From a bacterium (GTDB lineage Bacteria; SAR324; NAC60-12), in NCBI GenBank assembly GCA_965233585.1, contig CBDDTI010000356.1:1-12570 (forward strand): a DNA stretch of 12,570 nucleotides. The letters are read 5' to 3'. A program made the position numbers and the translations under genes. Positions 1-10,568 of the stretch are shown one piece after another. Every line of letters begins with the position of its first letter. The first letter of the stretch is position 1. The notes beneath the pieces are model-generated. The model saw only the letters and a list, made by a program, of their open reading frames with translations. It searched no databases and was not told where the DNA came from.

Positions 1-188
<188 letters not shown>

Positions 189-239
189 TTGGTATAATAA
201 AACGACGAAGAGACAAACTCTTGACAGTTCCAGCGTTTA

Positions 240-272
240 ATCGACGTTTCGGCCTTCGGCCTTCTTCAGGAT
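240..272 (-). ncRNA. Minimal type I hammerhead ribozyme with palindromic helix III
   Basis: Minus strand reads ATC-CTGAAGA-A-GGCC[GAA]GGCC-GAAA-CG-TC-GAT. The core is intact, the GUC triplet is at + 245-243, and an ACGU palindrome replaces the helix III hairpin. Confidence 0.8.
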
Positions 273-790
273 AGTTTAAAAGTTAAAAATTAAAAAAGCT
301 ATATACAATGGTTGTGAGTGGCAGAGTTACGGGCTTTTATATAGTACACAGAAAATGGAAATTAAGGTTACGTAACAAAAGAAAAGGTCTTAATTACAAG
401 CTAGGCAAAACAAAAAACAATTGATAAAAAGGAACAAACAGACTAATCAGATAAATCGTGTTATTACGTAACAAACTCCCCATTGAGGGCCTCTGAATGA
501 ATGTGCGGGTCAATGTCATAACAAGGTCCTCAGAGAGGGCCCCTAAACAATGTAATAGATTCCCAATCGAAAGTCCCTGAATGAAAAACCAAACACAAAC
601 ATAACAGAATCCCCCAATAGAGTTTTTGAACAAAAACAACAACGACTAAGTGAAGGCTAACAAAACAAAAGGGCAAGATTACAAACTAGAAACAAAGCTA
701 GATGGGAGCCAACGAGGTCCTACATACAGCAAAAATTACGATGATTACAAATTTGGGCTGAAAAGAATTTACACTACAATAGAGACAAAG

Positions 791-1153
791 TCAACTGTTG
801 TAGCAGATACGATTTCTGGATTTGAATTCACGCCTTTTGTTAAGACCGTGTGGATATAATGAAAAGAGTTGTGAGGTCCAATATGCTTCTCTGGTGAGGA
901 GCAGTTGTTCAAGATGGATTGCATTTTTGTGGTTTATAATTTGTTCAATAATAATAAAACTAATTTGACAAATTTGATGCTCAAAAGAATTATAATGGAC
1001 CGCCAACTCACATGTTCTTCTGTTCTTAAGCATTGATGATTTATGGTTACGAAAACGAACCTTGAATTCTGTTGAAGTGGAGCCCACGTACTGCTTTTTG
1101 CATTTGTTACAAGCAGCCAAATAAATGACATTTTTGGAAGTACAGCTTAATTT
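791..1153 (-). CDS. PLE GIY-YIG endonuclease domain (C-terminal fragment of the polyprotein, no start codon)
   Basis: The frame extends upstream of the ORF call: KLSCTSKNVIYLAACNKCKKQYVGST...RFRNHKS...LAVHY...REAYW...HGLN. This gives VIY/YVG with an intervening CxxC plus the conserved R, H, E and N residues. Confidence 0.88.
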   Translation of the reverse strand, partial: KLSCTSKNVIYLAACNKCKKQYVGSTSTEFKVRFRNHKSSMLKNRRTCELAVHYNSFEHQICQISFIIIEQIINHKNAIHLEQLLLTREAYWTSQLFSLYPHGLNKRREFKSRNRICYNS

Positions 1154-1154
1154 C

Positions 1155-1182
1155 TATATATATATATATATATGTATATATA
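1155..1182. repeat. (TA)n microsatellite with one TG interruption, at the junction of two PLEs
   Basis: Read directly from the sequence. Confidence 0.95.
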
Positions 1183-1226
1183 ATTAAAACAAACTGGTTC
1201 AAGACTTCAGAGGTAGTTCATCATTT

Positions 1227-1283
1227 TATTACTACAGCTCTGTTTCGTATGGTCAAAAATATGACCACACTCATCAGGTAATA
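1227..1283 (-). ncRNA. Type I hammerhead ribozyme, intact core
   Basis: Minus strand reads TATTAC-CTGATGA-GTGTGGTCA[TATTTT]TGACCATAC-GAAA-CAGAGCTG-TA-GTAATA. Helix I is 6 bp and helix II is 9 bp (one G-U). Predicted cut is between + 1233 and 1232. Confidence 0.9.
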
Positions 1284-1411
1284 TGAACGATTGACCGTTG
1301 AGTTACAATAACTGGCTATAAAAGCGGGAATATAGTTGCTATGATATATAAAAACAACGTTGTTTTCTCATATAAATCATGTGGTTGCTATATACAATTT
1401 GGGGGATTGTG

Positions 1412-1657
1412 TTACCTTTTTATGAAGTTCTTAAGGAGGTATCTGTTTCGATGGGGGCATGAACTTGCCAACTCATTTCGCTTGTTTAGACTGCAGAGTT
1501 CCTTTTTACAGATGATCACGAATTTTTCAACAAGACATAAATTACACTTCTTAGTAATGTTGCTGTACGGTTTGCATTGTTTGATGATTTTCCACGTTAG
1601 GTTGAAAGGTTTGTTGTTGTCCTTGAGTGTCCATATGTGCTTTGACAATTCAGTCAC
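1412..1657 (-). CDS. C-terminal part of a PLE GIY-YIG-type endonuclease region (fragment)
   Basis: TELSKHIWTLK...W.II....Y......CNLCLVEK..I......LNKRNEL...CPH is a pattern I recognise from PLE C-termini; a hammerhead-bearing UTR follows. Confidence 0.75.
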   Translation of the reverse strand: MTELSKHIWTLKDNNKPFNLTWKIIKQCKPYSNITKKCNLCLVEKFVIICKKELCSLNKRNELASSCPHRNRYLLKNFIKR

Positions 1658-1663
1658 TCAACT

Positions 1664-2573
1664 CAGTCTAGGGTGCCTTGGCAAATTTTTCCTGGACTAG
1701 GCTAGGCCTGAATGATAATTTGCTTTGGATCACCAATTAGAGTGAACCCACAGTGTGTGGTGGGTGGCTGATTGCCAGCTCTTTGACCAAGGCACAGGGT
1801 TGGGGAGGGTGGCTCAGTTTGTACTTTGCGAGGGCAGCAGAATTGGCTTGTTTTCACGATTTCTGCAGGCACCTTTTGACAAATCCAGTCAGATATCTCT
1901 GGGTTTGTCTCCAGAATGGCATTCTTCGATGCAGGACCAGTAAATCGAGTGTCCCCAGCTGATTTTTGAGTGAATTTCAGGCATTCGGCTCTTGATATCT
2001 GAGCGAATTTGCGAGAAGGTGGCCGCTCAAAAGGCAGGGGGCTTGCCGTCAAGAACTGCTTTTCCAAGCAGCCCAGGGACAGTTCTAACAGTGGGTGGGT
2101 GACTCGGGGTTGTGTGTCAAAAGCACAGAGCAGGGGAGGGGTGATAAGTTGAGACTTTGACTGAAGTTAGAATATGTGACCTGCTTAAGTGAGACTCTAC
2201 AGTCTAGGGTGCCTTGGCAAATTTTTCCTGGACTAGGCTAGGCCTGAATGATAATTTGCTTTGGATCACCAATTAGAGTGAACCCACAGTGTGTGGTGGG
2301 TGGCTGATTGGCAGCTCTTTGACAAAGGCACAGGGGTGGGGAGGGTGGCTCAGTTTGTACTTTGTGAGGGCAGCAGAATTGGCTTGTTTTCACGATTTCT
2401 GCAGGCACCTTTTGACAAATCCAGTCAGAAAACTCTGGGTTTGTCTCCAAAATGGCATTCTGCGATGCAGGCCCAGTAAATCGAGTGTCCCCAGCTGATT
2501 TTTGAGTGAATTTCAGGCGTTCGGCTCTTGATATCTGAGTGAATTTGCGAGAAGGTGGTCGCTCAAAAGGCAG
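1664..2573. repeat. Tandem direct repeat with a 536-bp period: full unit 1664-2199, partial unit 2200-2573
   Basis: CAGTCTAGGGTGCCTTGGC occurs at 1664 and 2200, and the copies are colinear to AAGGCAG at 2037/2573 with only scattered substitutions. Confidence 0.95.
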
Positions 2574-2653
2574 CCGCTGAAGTTTTGTCCAGCTGGTTTG
2601 ATACGGACTATAAGCTTGTGAGCCTTGACTGAACTCTTGCTTTGATATCTTAG

Positions 2654-2826
2654 GACGCCAGTGGACAGGAATTCACGGTAGTGTTAGTGGATTCCGAAGG
2701 AATAGACGCTGTGACAAGTGAAGGCTTTGACGATCACTGTATATTTACACTGACTATTCTGCTGGCTTGTGTTCTGATTTACAACTCAGCTGGAGTGCCA
2801 ACCAGAACTGACCTTGAGGGACTTGA
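2654..2826 (+). CDS. Exon A of a guanylate-binding protein (GBP/GB1-RHD3 family) gene, carrying the G3 motif
   Basis: Starts after acceptor atcttAG. Translation DASGQEFTVVLVDSEGID...DDHCIFTLTILLACVLIYNSAGVPTRTDLEGL resembles GBP LLDTEG...DSWIFALAVLLSSTFVYNS. It ends in phase 2 at GTATCCT. Confidence 0.85.
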
Positions 2827-2835
2827 GTATCCTCG
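2827..2835 (+). promoter_or_regulatory. U12-type (minor spliceosome) 5' splice site
   Basis: GTATCCTCG versus consensus RTATCCTTT, located exactly where GBP similarity stops. Confidence 0.7.
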
Positions 2836-2949
2836 AATAAAGGGTTTAAACGGGGTTCTAAATGGGCACGGCAATTCATTATGTAGCTAATATATATGAT
2901 TTTACAATTAACACACGTGGTTGACGATGGTGGGGGCTGTGATGATACG

Positions 2950-3225
2950 TGGAGGGTACTCCCTTATATGGGCTATAAAGGTAATAATGGGGCTCCCCAA
3001 AGGCCTTGGTTTTTAGGTCAGAAATAGGGTATTGAATTTTGGCCTTTTTTCGTCTCATAAAAGGCATCGTTTTTGCACGCTCGCGGTCGTGAATTTTGTA
3101 TATTTTTTTAGAAGAAGCCCTAGTTGCGTTTTCATCACTATCGATAAGACGATCAACAAAGACCTAGCACAACAAGTCTGAACTGTGGAACTAATGATAA
3201 GGCAGGTTTGAAGCAGGGTATCGCT
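2950..3225. mobile_element. Degenerate MITE-like repeat fragment
   Basis: Begins GGGTACTCCCTTATATGGGCTATA with recurring AGGGTAT and TTTT(A/G)G motifs, resembling a repeat I recall from coral genomes. No second terminus was found. Confidence 0.4.
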
Positions 3226-3229
3226 TTAA

Positions 3230-4315
3230 GGTGGCTCAAAACAGTAATATTTCCGTAAGAAGCCTGGGCTCTAACGCGCCCTTTCGCGCGGGCAATCACG
3301 CAATCGCTCGAGGGTTCGTGAGATAGCGCGCGAGACTTAAGTCTGCAAACCTCACAACAAACATGGCGGCGCGAGGCTTTATTCGTAAAACTATGTTTCT
3401 GCCAAATTTAGTGAACCGTTTACAGTATCGCTTGTTTTTACTTTCGAAAATATCCATCCCTTAGGCAATTTCAAATGAAAAATCATTCTTTTAAACGGCT
3501 GTGCTAGAACGTGAACGAAAATTGTGATGTCGATGTTGCGATCGATCGTGCTGGTAATCAATCTTGAAAACGGCAGCAAACAACTACTCTTCAAGTTTTC
3601 TTCGTTCTTTTTACTAGGCCAGCTTTACCTTCGGGTATTTATGGTATGTAGTCTTCCTCTACCGCTTGTGCTGCTAACAACGACAGCGAAAAAGAAAACA
3701 CTATTCGCGGGTATTCACCTTTCTTCGCGTAGAATTGCGGGCTTTGCTGAGCAGCGGACTGCCTTCACGCGTGCGCAAAGAGCGATCTTGCAAGATCAAG
3801 ATTTTAAATTGCGCGTGCAACGCGCGTTAAAAATTCCTTATCCACGAAGCTTATAGCTCAAAAACTAATCCGGTGACCCCACTTTTTTAATGCAAGAAAT
3901 CATTCAACAGAAAAACGGGAATACATGTGCAAAATTGTAAAAAAAATCTGTGGAGTGGAATTTTTCCAGTCTTGAAATTTCCATTTTTTTCAAGTTAAGC
4001 AAAAACTACTCCGCAGAATTTTTTTCTAATTTTCCCTGTTTTTTCTTCTAAGTGTGATAAAAAGATTTTAATAAAAAAAAATATAGGGTCACCGGCTTAG
4101 TTTTTAAGATATATGCAATTGATGGAAATTGGTGGGTTTGTTGATATGCAACAGAACAGTGCAACCTTAATTTATGACTTGAACACAATGAAAGGTACAG
4201 TGGAGAGTTACCTTTAAAAAATAGCACAGTCATTTCAAACAGTACAGTTCCAGGCTTGAAAAATCGCACTTAGTTCTTAAAGTCTCGAAAAAACAGAAAA
4301 CTGTTTTGAGCCACC
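3230..4315. mobile_element. Non-autonomous DNA transposon, Kolobok-like (1086 bp)
   Basis: Perfect 16-bp TIRs GGTGGCTCAAAACAGT (3230-3245 / 4300-4315) with TTAA on both sides (3226-3229, 4316-4319). Purine-purine termini fit Kolobok rather than piggyBac. No transposase ORF. Confidence 0.88.
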
Positions 4316-4968
4316 TTAAACACGGAGCGATCCTATAAATAGCAAGAACACGCCCCCTTGAAGCACTTTGTTGGCTTCCTGTGCAATGGTGGAAAGCCAG
4401 TAAAACGGTCGCATAACATAGAAGTCGTCCAGAAGTAGCGGTTTTTTTTGTCAAATCAACGGAGTCATATACGTAGAATAATGTAAGGGGGCATTCTCCT
4501 AGATCCGCCACTTTTTCTTTTTGGTACGCTTTCGAGACATATCAGTTTCGTTTGGCGTTGTCATGGGTATACTGCGTTGTTATTATGGGTATACCGCTTC
4601 TCGTCAAAATAAGAAATCCCCGACATCGCCGATATGCCATCACGCCTTGCCAAAAAGGTACGATCAGCTGTGAATATCCAAATGCGGATGGTGCAGATTG
4701 CAATTGCTGAAGTATGCGAGACTTATTGTTCGCTAAGTTGAATAGTTGAATGTTTATTGGAACTTTTATGTTATTTTCAAATTTTACTTTTCCTTAATAG
4801 AAAAAAAATAAATAAATAAAATCTTCACCATGCACTTCTTCGCCGACTTTAATGTTTCCAGAAATGTGGAAAGACAGCACCAGTGTGTTACTGTTTGTAA
4901 GTGCATTGCCATGTGACTCTATCCACCACGTTGCAGCGATGTGGTGCTAAGCCAGGTCATATCATTAA

Positions 4969-4984
4969 GAAAAAAAAAAAAAAA
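4969..4984. repeat. Poly(A) tract
   Basis: Read directly from the sequence. Confidence 0.85.
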
Positions 4985-5131
4985 CCAGAAATGCTTTGAA
5001 AAATATTTTTGACATTAACAAAAGAGTGAAAGCGATTATTACAAGACAAGTCTCCATAGCAATCATATTACTAGCGTCTTAAATCTTGTTTTGATCGTTT
5101 CTACCATTTATTTTACTCTCTTTAATCCAAG

Positions 5132-5427
5132 CCCTTGCAGCGCTTATTAACATCTACGTTGCGGCCTTGAATACTCCTGGTACAGTACCTAGTGTCCAGA
5201 GCGCTTGGGAGACTTTTGTCCACACAAAGTTCTCAGAAGCAAAACTTGCTGCATTACAGGTGTACGACAGGCGGATGAAGTCACAGCTGGATGGTAAGTT
5301 GCCTTGTGACAGTGACGAGATTCGCCTGGTCCAGCAGACTGCGGTCGAAGAAAGCATGAAGCTGTTTCAGGGAGAAACCTATGGAGTATCTGCAATAAGC
5401 AGTGAAAAATATTTGGACGATCTTACG
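5132..5427 (+). CDS. Exon B of the GBP-like gene (end of GTPase domain, start of helical domain)
   Basis: LAALINIYVAALNTPGTVPSVQSAW...SEKYLDDLT resembles GBP LESLVLTYVNAISSGDLPCMENAV. The acceptor AG is at 5130-5131 or 5139-5140 (both phase 1) and the donor GT is at 5428 (phase 0). Confidence 0.8.
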
Positions 5428-6135
5428 GTACGATCTTACTGGAGATTTATCTAATGTAATCTCCATTGATAATAATTTGGTTTCACGTGTACCCTCTAAC
5501 AAATGTTTGGGAGTCCTGCTAGATGAAAAGCTTACATTTGAAACTCATATTGAGTATATATGTAAAAAGGCATGTGCTGGCATAGGAGCTTTGAGGTGAA
5601 TTAAGCCTTTTGTCCCCCTCTGCACCCTTGTAACTTTATATAGATCACTCATTGAACCTTATTTTGATTACTGCTCGCCCCTGTGGGATACGTGTGGTAA
5701 ACAACTGAAGGATAAATTACAAAAAATTCAAAACCGAGCGGGAAGGGTTATTACGGGCTCTTCATATGATGTTAGGTCTGCAGATGTGTTAAATAACTTA
5801 AAATGGAAAACCCTTGAAACCAGGCGCTTCCATGCAAAGGCTACCCTTATGTATAAAATCCTCAATGATCTATCTGCCCCCCAACTGAGCAACTCATTTG
5901 TAAAACTCAATGATACAAACATAAATTACAATCTTAGGAATATTGAGACTGATCTAGCACTTCCAAGGCCATGCACAAATTTTCTTAGGCGTAGCTTTAA
6001 GTATAGTGGTGCAATGCTTTGGAACAATCTTTCCCACGAGGCAAAGACGGCACAATCGTTGTCGGATTTCAAACATAAACTTGCCTCTTCACTTTCCATG
6101 CCTTCTACTGGATCGCACTGATTTCATACTTTAAA

Positions 6136-6275
<140 letters not shown>

Positions 6276-6340
6276 GTTTACCTACGCCCCACCTGGAAAC
6301 CAGCTTTTGTTGTGTGTGGCTAGCGTAGTGAAATAAAGTT

Positions 6341-6396
<56 letters not shown>

Positions 6397-6498
6397 AGAA
6401 AACAAGAAGAATTCTGTATGTAGTTATTCCCAAGTGCCTCGTTTTGAGGTCTGTTGTTTTAGGCTGAATTTTGATGCATCGAAATTGGTCTATTGAAC

Positions 6499-6804
6499 TC
6501 AATTCAATTTTTATTTAATTTCTCACAAACATTATTTTTTTTAACAGAGGTGTTTATTCTCACAAACATTATTATTTTTTTTTTACCGCGCTGTTATAAA
6601 AAAAAAAATAATAATAATAATACATATAAATATATACAAATTACCTAGAGAAGATGACAAGTAGTATTAATGAAATATTAAAGTGCACCTAGCCCCTAAG
6701 AAAAAGAAAAAGAGATAAAGGAAACAAACAGCTTTAATACAAGGTTGATTGTCAGGAGTTTGGGACACCTAAATAGCTTATGAAACTAATCGAGTAGGTG
6801 CCCC
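6499..6804 (-). mobile_element. Possible 3' UTR remnant of a non-LTR retroelement
   Basis: The minus strand ends AATAAAAATTGAATTGA (poly(A) signal plus short repeat tail) and has a stem GGGACACCTA/TAGGTGCCCC (6762-6804). No coding sequence. Confidence 0.35.
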
Positions 6805-6825
6805 CCCCCCCCCCCCCCCCCCCCC
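6801..6825. repeat. C25 homopolymer
   Basis: Read directly from the sequence. Confidence 0.95.
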
Positions 6826-6844
6826 ATTACAAGTAAACGCCTGA

Positions 6845-7107
6845 GTAAATAACGACACCAGAAAAGACGCTAACCAAGGTAACAAAATGAGAACCTACCG
6901 GTTATTTAAAACGACAGACAATTACAAATCAGTGAAGACTATCTACACCAGGTCACCAATACACGACACAGAATAGCTCTAACAAAACTGCGACTTAGCA
7001 ACCACAAATTAGCCATAGAGACAGGACGTTATTCAAGAGCGTTCAAGAAACCTGCAGAAAGAACTTGCCCAATTTGTAAAATAGAAATGGAGGACGAATA
7101 CCATTTT
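6845..7107 (+). mobile_element. RTE-X-like non-LTR retrotransposon ORF2 C-terminal fragment, frameshifted; missed by the ORF track
   Basis: NKMRTYRLFK, then a frameshift near 6930, then EDYLHQVTNTRHRIALTKLRLSNHKLAIETGRY...ERTCPICKIEMEDEYHF. This is a C-terminal Cys/His motif cut before the last Cys. Confidence 0.8.
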
Positions 7108-10089
7108 ATTGCGTTTGTCAAAGAACGCTTTCATAATGCAGTCGAAATCGACATTCTTGGAATTTTTGAGGTGTATTCATCGTTACAAATTTGGCCCCCC
7201 CAAACATTTTTCAGGGGCGAAATTATTCAGGGCGAATGACGTAATTTTCATCGAGCACGTGCTTTGTTCCCAGCTGGAGTCGAGTTTTTTTGCCTTGCGT
7301 CTTGGTGTGCTTCGTTGTCGAGTTTGACCTTCTCTTTGCGTGTAGTGTGCTTTCTTGTCGAATTCTGGACTGTGCTTCGTTGTTTTTTTATGTTCACGAA
7401 CACGATCGCCTATGATTTCCGATGTTAACTGTGGAAACAGCTGTATTTGATTGCATTTGTTGACTTAGTTCCAGTCGCGAAAGAAAAGGTCAGTCTTATC
7501 CCGTCGAATACTGTTTAGAATCGGTGGAAGAGTACTCAGAGTGCACGATCCATAAGGGTGAACCTGAACCACGGAAAGGAAATGTAAATACTGTCTACTT
7601 TATTAATCAGGCCAGGGCAAATACTCGTCAGTCGCACGGAGTTTATTTAGGATGAAGGCATGCGATTGCAAATGGTTACTTATATTTGAGCTTCCTGCTA
7701 AGAATAATGTTCGTAAAAAATATACTTTTACAGACTAGCTTTTACGCTTAAACATTACAAGTTAATGTGAGAATTTTTAGCACGAAATTTGTAGGCTGAT
7801 GTAAATATTTTAGTCCTATAATTATACTTATGAGTCTACGGAAACTGGAGCCGTCACGCAACGTAGTTTGTACCTTGACCTCTTAAATCAGAACAGCATG
7901 GACTTTGTCACTGAATATCTTCTGTAAAAACCCGGTTGTTGATGAAAACCTTTTTGATTTTAGTAATAGACAGAGGTTGAAAGTCAGACAGGTAAATCAT
8001 GTAAGGTATCTGTATTAAAGTTACGGCGTCGAACGCACTCTCATAATCTTTGATTACTACTAGTAAATATATGCCCTGCTTACCAGGAAAAACGATCTTC
8101 GTTACTAGATTATTTGGAAAACGAATATAGAATAAAAATAAGCAGAATGTCACCGAACAGAATATTCATGTTTCTAATAAATCCCCCTAGCGGAAACGTT
8201 AGAATACAAAAATTGATAGCAAAACATACATTTGAATGCTTCGAAAAAAGGAAAGGGGAAGACGGCAAAGTAAATACCCAATGACTTTTAAGTCCTTGAG
8301 TATTTACTTAATTAAGTTACGAACACGAGAAATATATCCACGCATGTGTCGTGGTTTCTCGCGTGGATGTTGTCACGTTGCGGGATCAACTATTGAGAAT
8401 TGCTAGATTCTCTTGCGGACTTTTCACAGTGATGGCAGCGAATAAGGAACAAGAGCTCTTCTATGTACTTTTATGCTCCTAGTTAATGAAAGGGTGAGTT
8501 TTAAGGTCGAAAATTTCTTTGATTTCGCGCTGTGAATGAATACTAGTAATATCTGCTCGCACTAAAGCGTTAACTTTTGCGAGTGTTCTGTGGAGAAAAG
8601 TTATATTAGAAAACTCTGTTACTTCAGGCTGGTATAGAGTTAATTTGAAAGTTTCCCAAACAATGCTTAATCATAACCAAAACCTGTTTTTGATAGTTTC
8701 TGCTTGTTTGGCGAGTTTGCAAAAGTTTTTGAAAGGCAAGTTTGAAGCGTACGAGTAACTCATTTGCATAGTGCAGCGCGTGCACTAGCTTTCAAGTCCG
8801 AGTCGGTGTTTTCAATATTATCAACAAATTTTGACAAAGATTTTTTTCGTTGTCTTTTGTGCTGAGATGCTACAACAATTTTCATCAACGCCAAAATGCT
8901 ACTAACATCAGTGTGTTTCTTTCACATAGTGAAACTTTAAACTACGAAAATAAATTAGCCAAGAGTTTTGATAACTCAACAAACAAAATCGAAATCTTTA
9001 TTCGAGTTATTTAAAGAAAGGGTCATTGTAAACTTTGGTGATTATTTCTGCTGTATTCACATATTTTCAGCTAAGCTTTTAATAAGTTCTCAAACATTTG
9101 GCAATCTTAAATATATTCAAAAACTAGAGATATCATATGTGTCTGATGTAGTTTAATTTTCACACCAATCTACGGAGGTTTTACTGACTGTACAAAGCAC
9201 GCATCGGCGGCTGCTCTTATTCATCGACAACAGACATTTTATTGGCTTTTTACACAAACAAAACTAAGCAGCATCTACAGAAATAAACCTATTGTCACTT
9301 ATACATGTATTGGGCCTTGATGAAACGTGAAGCGTTGCTTACAATTTAGGCGAAACTCAAACTTGCAATAATATTTTTTTACTTTTCTGTCGCGAGATCC
9401 TCGAAAGCGTGTGGCAAGAGGAGGAAAACTTTGAAGTCTTGACGCGAAATATATCCAAGTATATCTAGTTTTTTGCTGTGTCATGAAAAAGCTGTTAAGC
9501 TTCTACATTTGTGAAAGTAAGAGTGGAGAAATGTGAAGTTCTTGTATAAAAAAGTAGCGGAACACAACTTAGTTAGTGATGTAAAGCTGGAAATACCTAC
9601 ATTCGACACTGCCTTACTTCACTCAAACTGGAGCAACTTACGACGAAAATACTTAAGCCAAATTTCAGCAGTCATAAATTAACGTGTTGAGTTGTGGGCC
9701 AAAAGCGTAAAAGATTTCGTGAATCTCGGACGCCACTTTCCCTGCGCGACATCAGCAAAAATCCTCGCAGCATGTACGCTCGTGTGCCGCAGGTGATGGC
9801 GCAATTTGCTCTAAAAATAGAAAAACTGTCCCATGTCATGGGGCCAACCCCAATATACTAGAAATGGTGCGCGCTTACGGTCTCCGTACCCGATTATGGC
9901 TCCTGAATTGGCTTATCGACATGCAGATGTCAAATTTGTCCAATTTTTCTCGACCAGGCTAACAATACCGATAATGCTTTGGTATTTGTGAGATTACAGC
10001 ACGCCAATCCATACCCTTATATCTCAGTTTGCCCATTCGTGAGCTCATCAAACATATTTCAAGAAGAATTGCAGGTTTTGAGTAAAGTA

Positions 10090-10491
10090 TATAGCCCATT
10101 GCAGAAACGTGAGAGGACTGGGACGAGTTTCTTGCATTGATTAGATTAAAAATCTAAACATTTCAGTTAAAATGTTACTGAATGAAAAGTTGCCCAGCCA
10201 AGTTTAAGAGTTTTCAGTAGAAAATTGTTCAAATAGGAGCGTCGCAAAAGTTGAAAATTCCATACAAATCCTTATAATTTTGTGGCTTGTCTACCCAATC
10301 CATACAAACTCTCTATTTTAGGTGATGTATGAAGAGCTATCATTTTACCTTTTTCCTCCTCTAGATACTTCTATTCTTGGTAAAGATTCTTAATTTTCGT
10401 TTATCTTTCATTTAAATATCTTAGTTTTTCAAACAAACGGAAAACAACCATAGTCTTTCCCAGTCCTCTCACGTTTCTGCAATTGCCTATA
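10090..10491. mobile_element. MITE of about 400 bp, TA-flanked
   Basis: 34-bp inverted repeats TATAGnCnATTGCAGAAACGTGAGAGGACTGGGA at 10090-10123 and 10458-10491 (32/34 match, including the outer TA). Confidence 0.88.
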
Positions 10492-10568
10492 GCATCAACA
10501 TATGGTTTGTACATTTACATGTATCTTAGTTAAGCCAGCAAAAGCAATTGCCAACCGACACAGATAGG

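Larger units (their letters stand above)
1183..1657 (-). mobile_element. Second 5'-truncated Penelope-like element, from a different family
   Basis: Has a C-terminal coding fragment, 3' UTR and intact hammerhead, and its 3' end abuts (TA)n. Confidence 0.82.

Noticed and set aside
394..1700. ORFs 394-642, 650-859, 934-1131 and 1341-1700
   Set aside because: UTR, antisense or alternate-frame shadows of the PLE fragments.
1702..2498. ORFs within the tandem repeat
   Set aside because: Short, overlapping on both strands, without recognisable motifs; they are duplicated only because the DNA is.
1664..2573. 536-bp tandem repeat as a retrozyme or CRISPR array
   Set aside because: I found no CTGANGA core on either strand, and there is no short repeat-spacer structure.
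3226..4319. piggyBac assignment from the TTAA target duplication
   Set aside because: Termini are GG...CC rather than the CC(C/T) start typical of piggyBac.
3391..4511. ORFs in or near the Kolobok-like element as a transposase
   Set aside because: Too short and no DDE or other recognisable domain.
4508..4548. Faint resemblance to the missing GBP FP-F-W-LRD motif
   Set aside because: Needs multiple frameshifts and has no supporting flanking similarity or splice sites.
4555..4597. Short imperfect duplication GCGTTGT..ATGGGTATAC
   Set aside because: Two copies only; ordinary slippage.
5402..6121. ORFs 5402-5599 and 5786-6121 as separate genes
   Set aside because: Same frame of one LINE ORF2 remnant split by TGA at 5597-5599.
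8769..8788. Hairpin plus CTAG as a Helitron 3' end
   Set aside because: CTAG overlaps the hairpin instead of lying about 10 nt downstream and is not followed by T.
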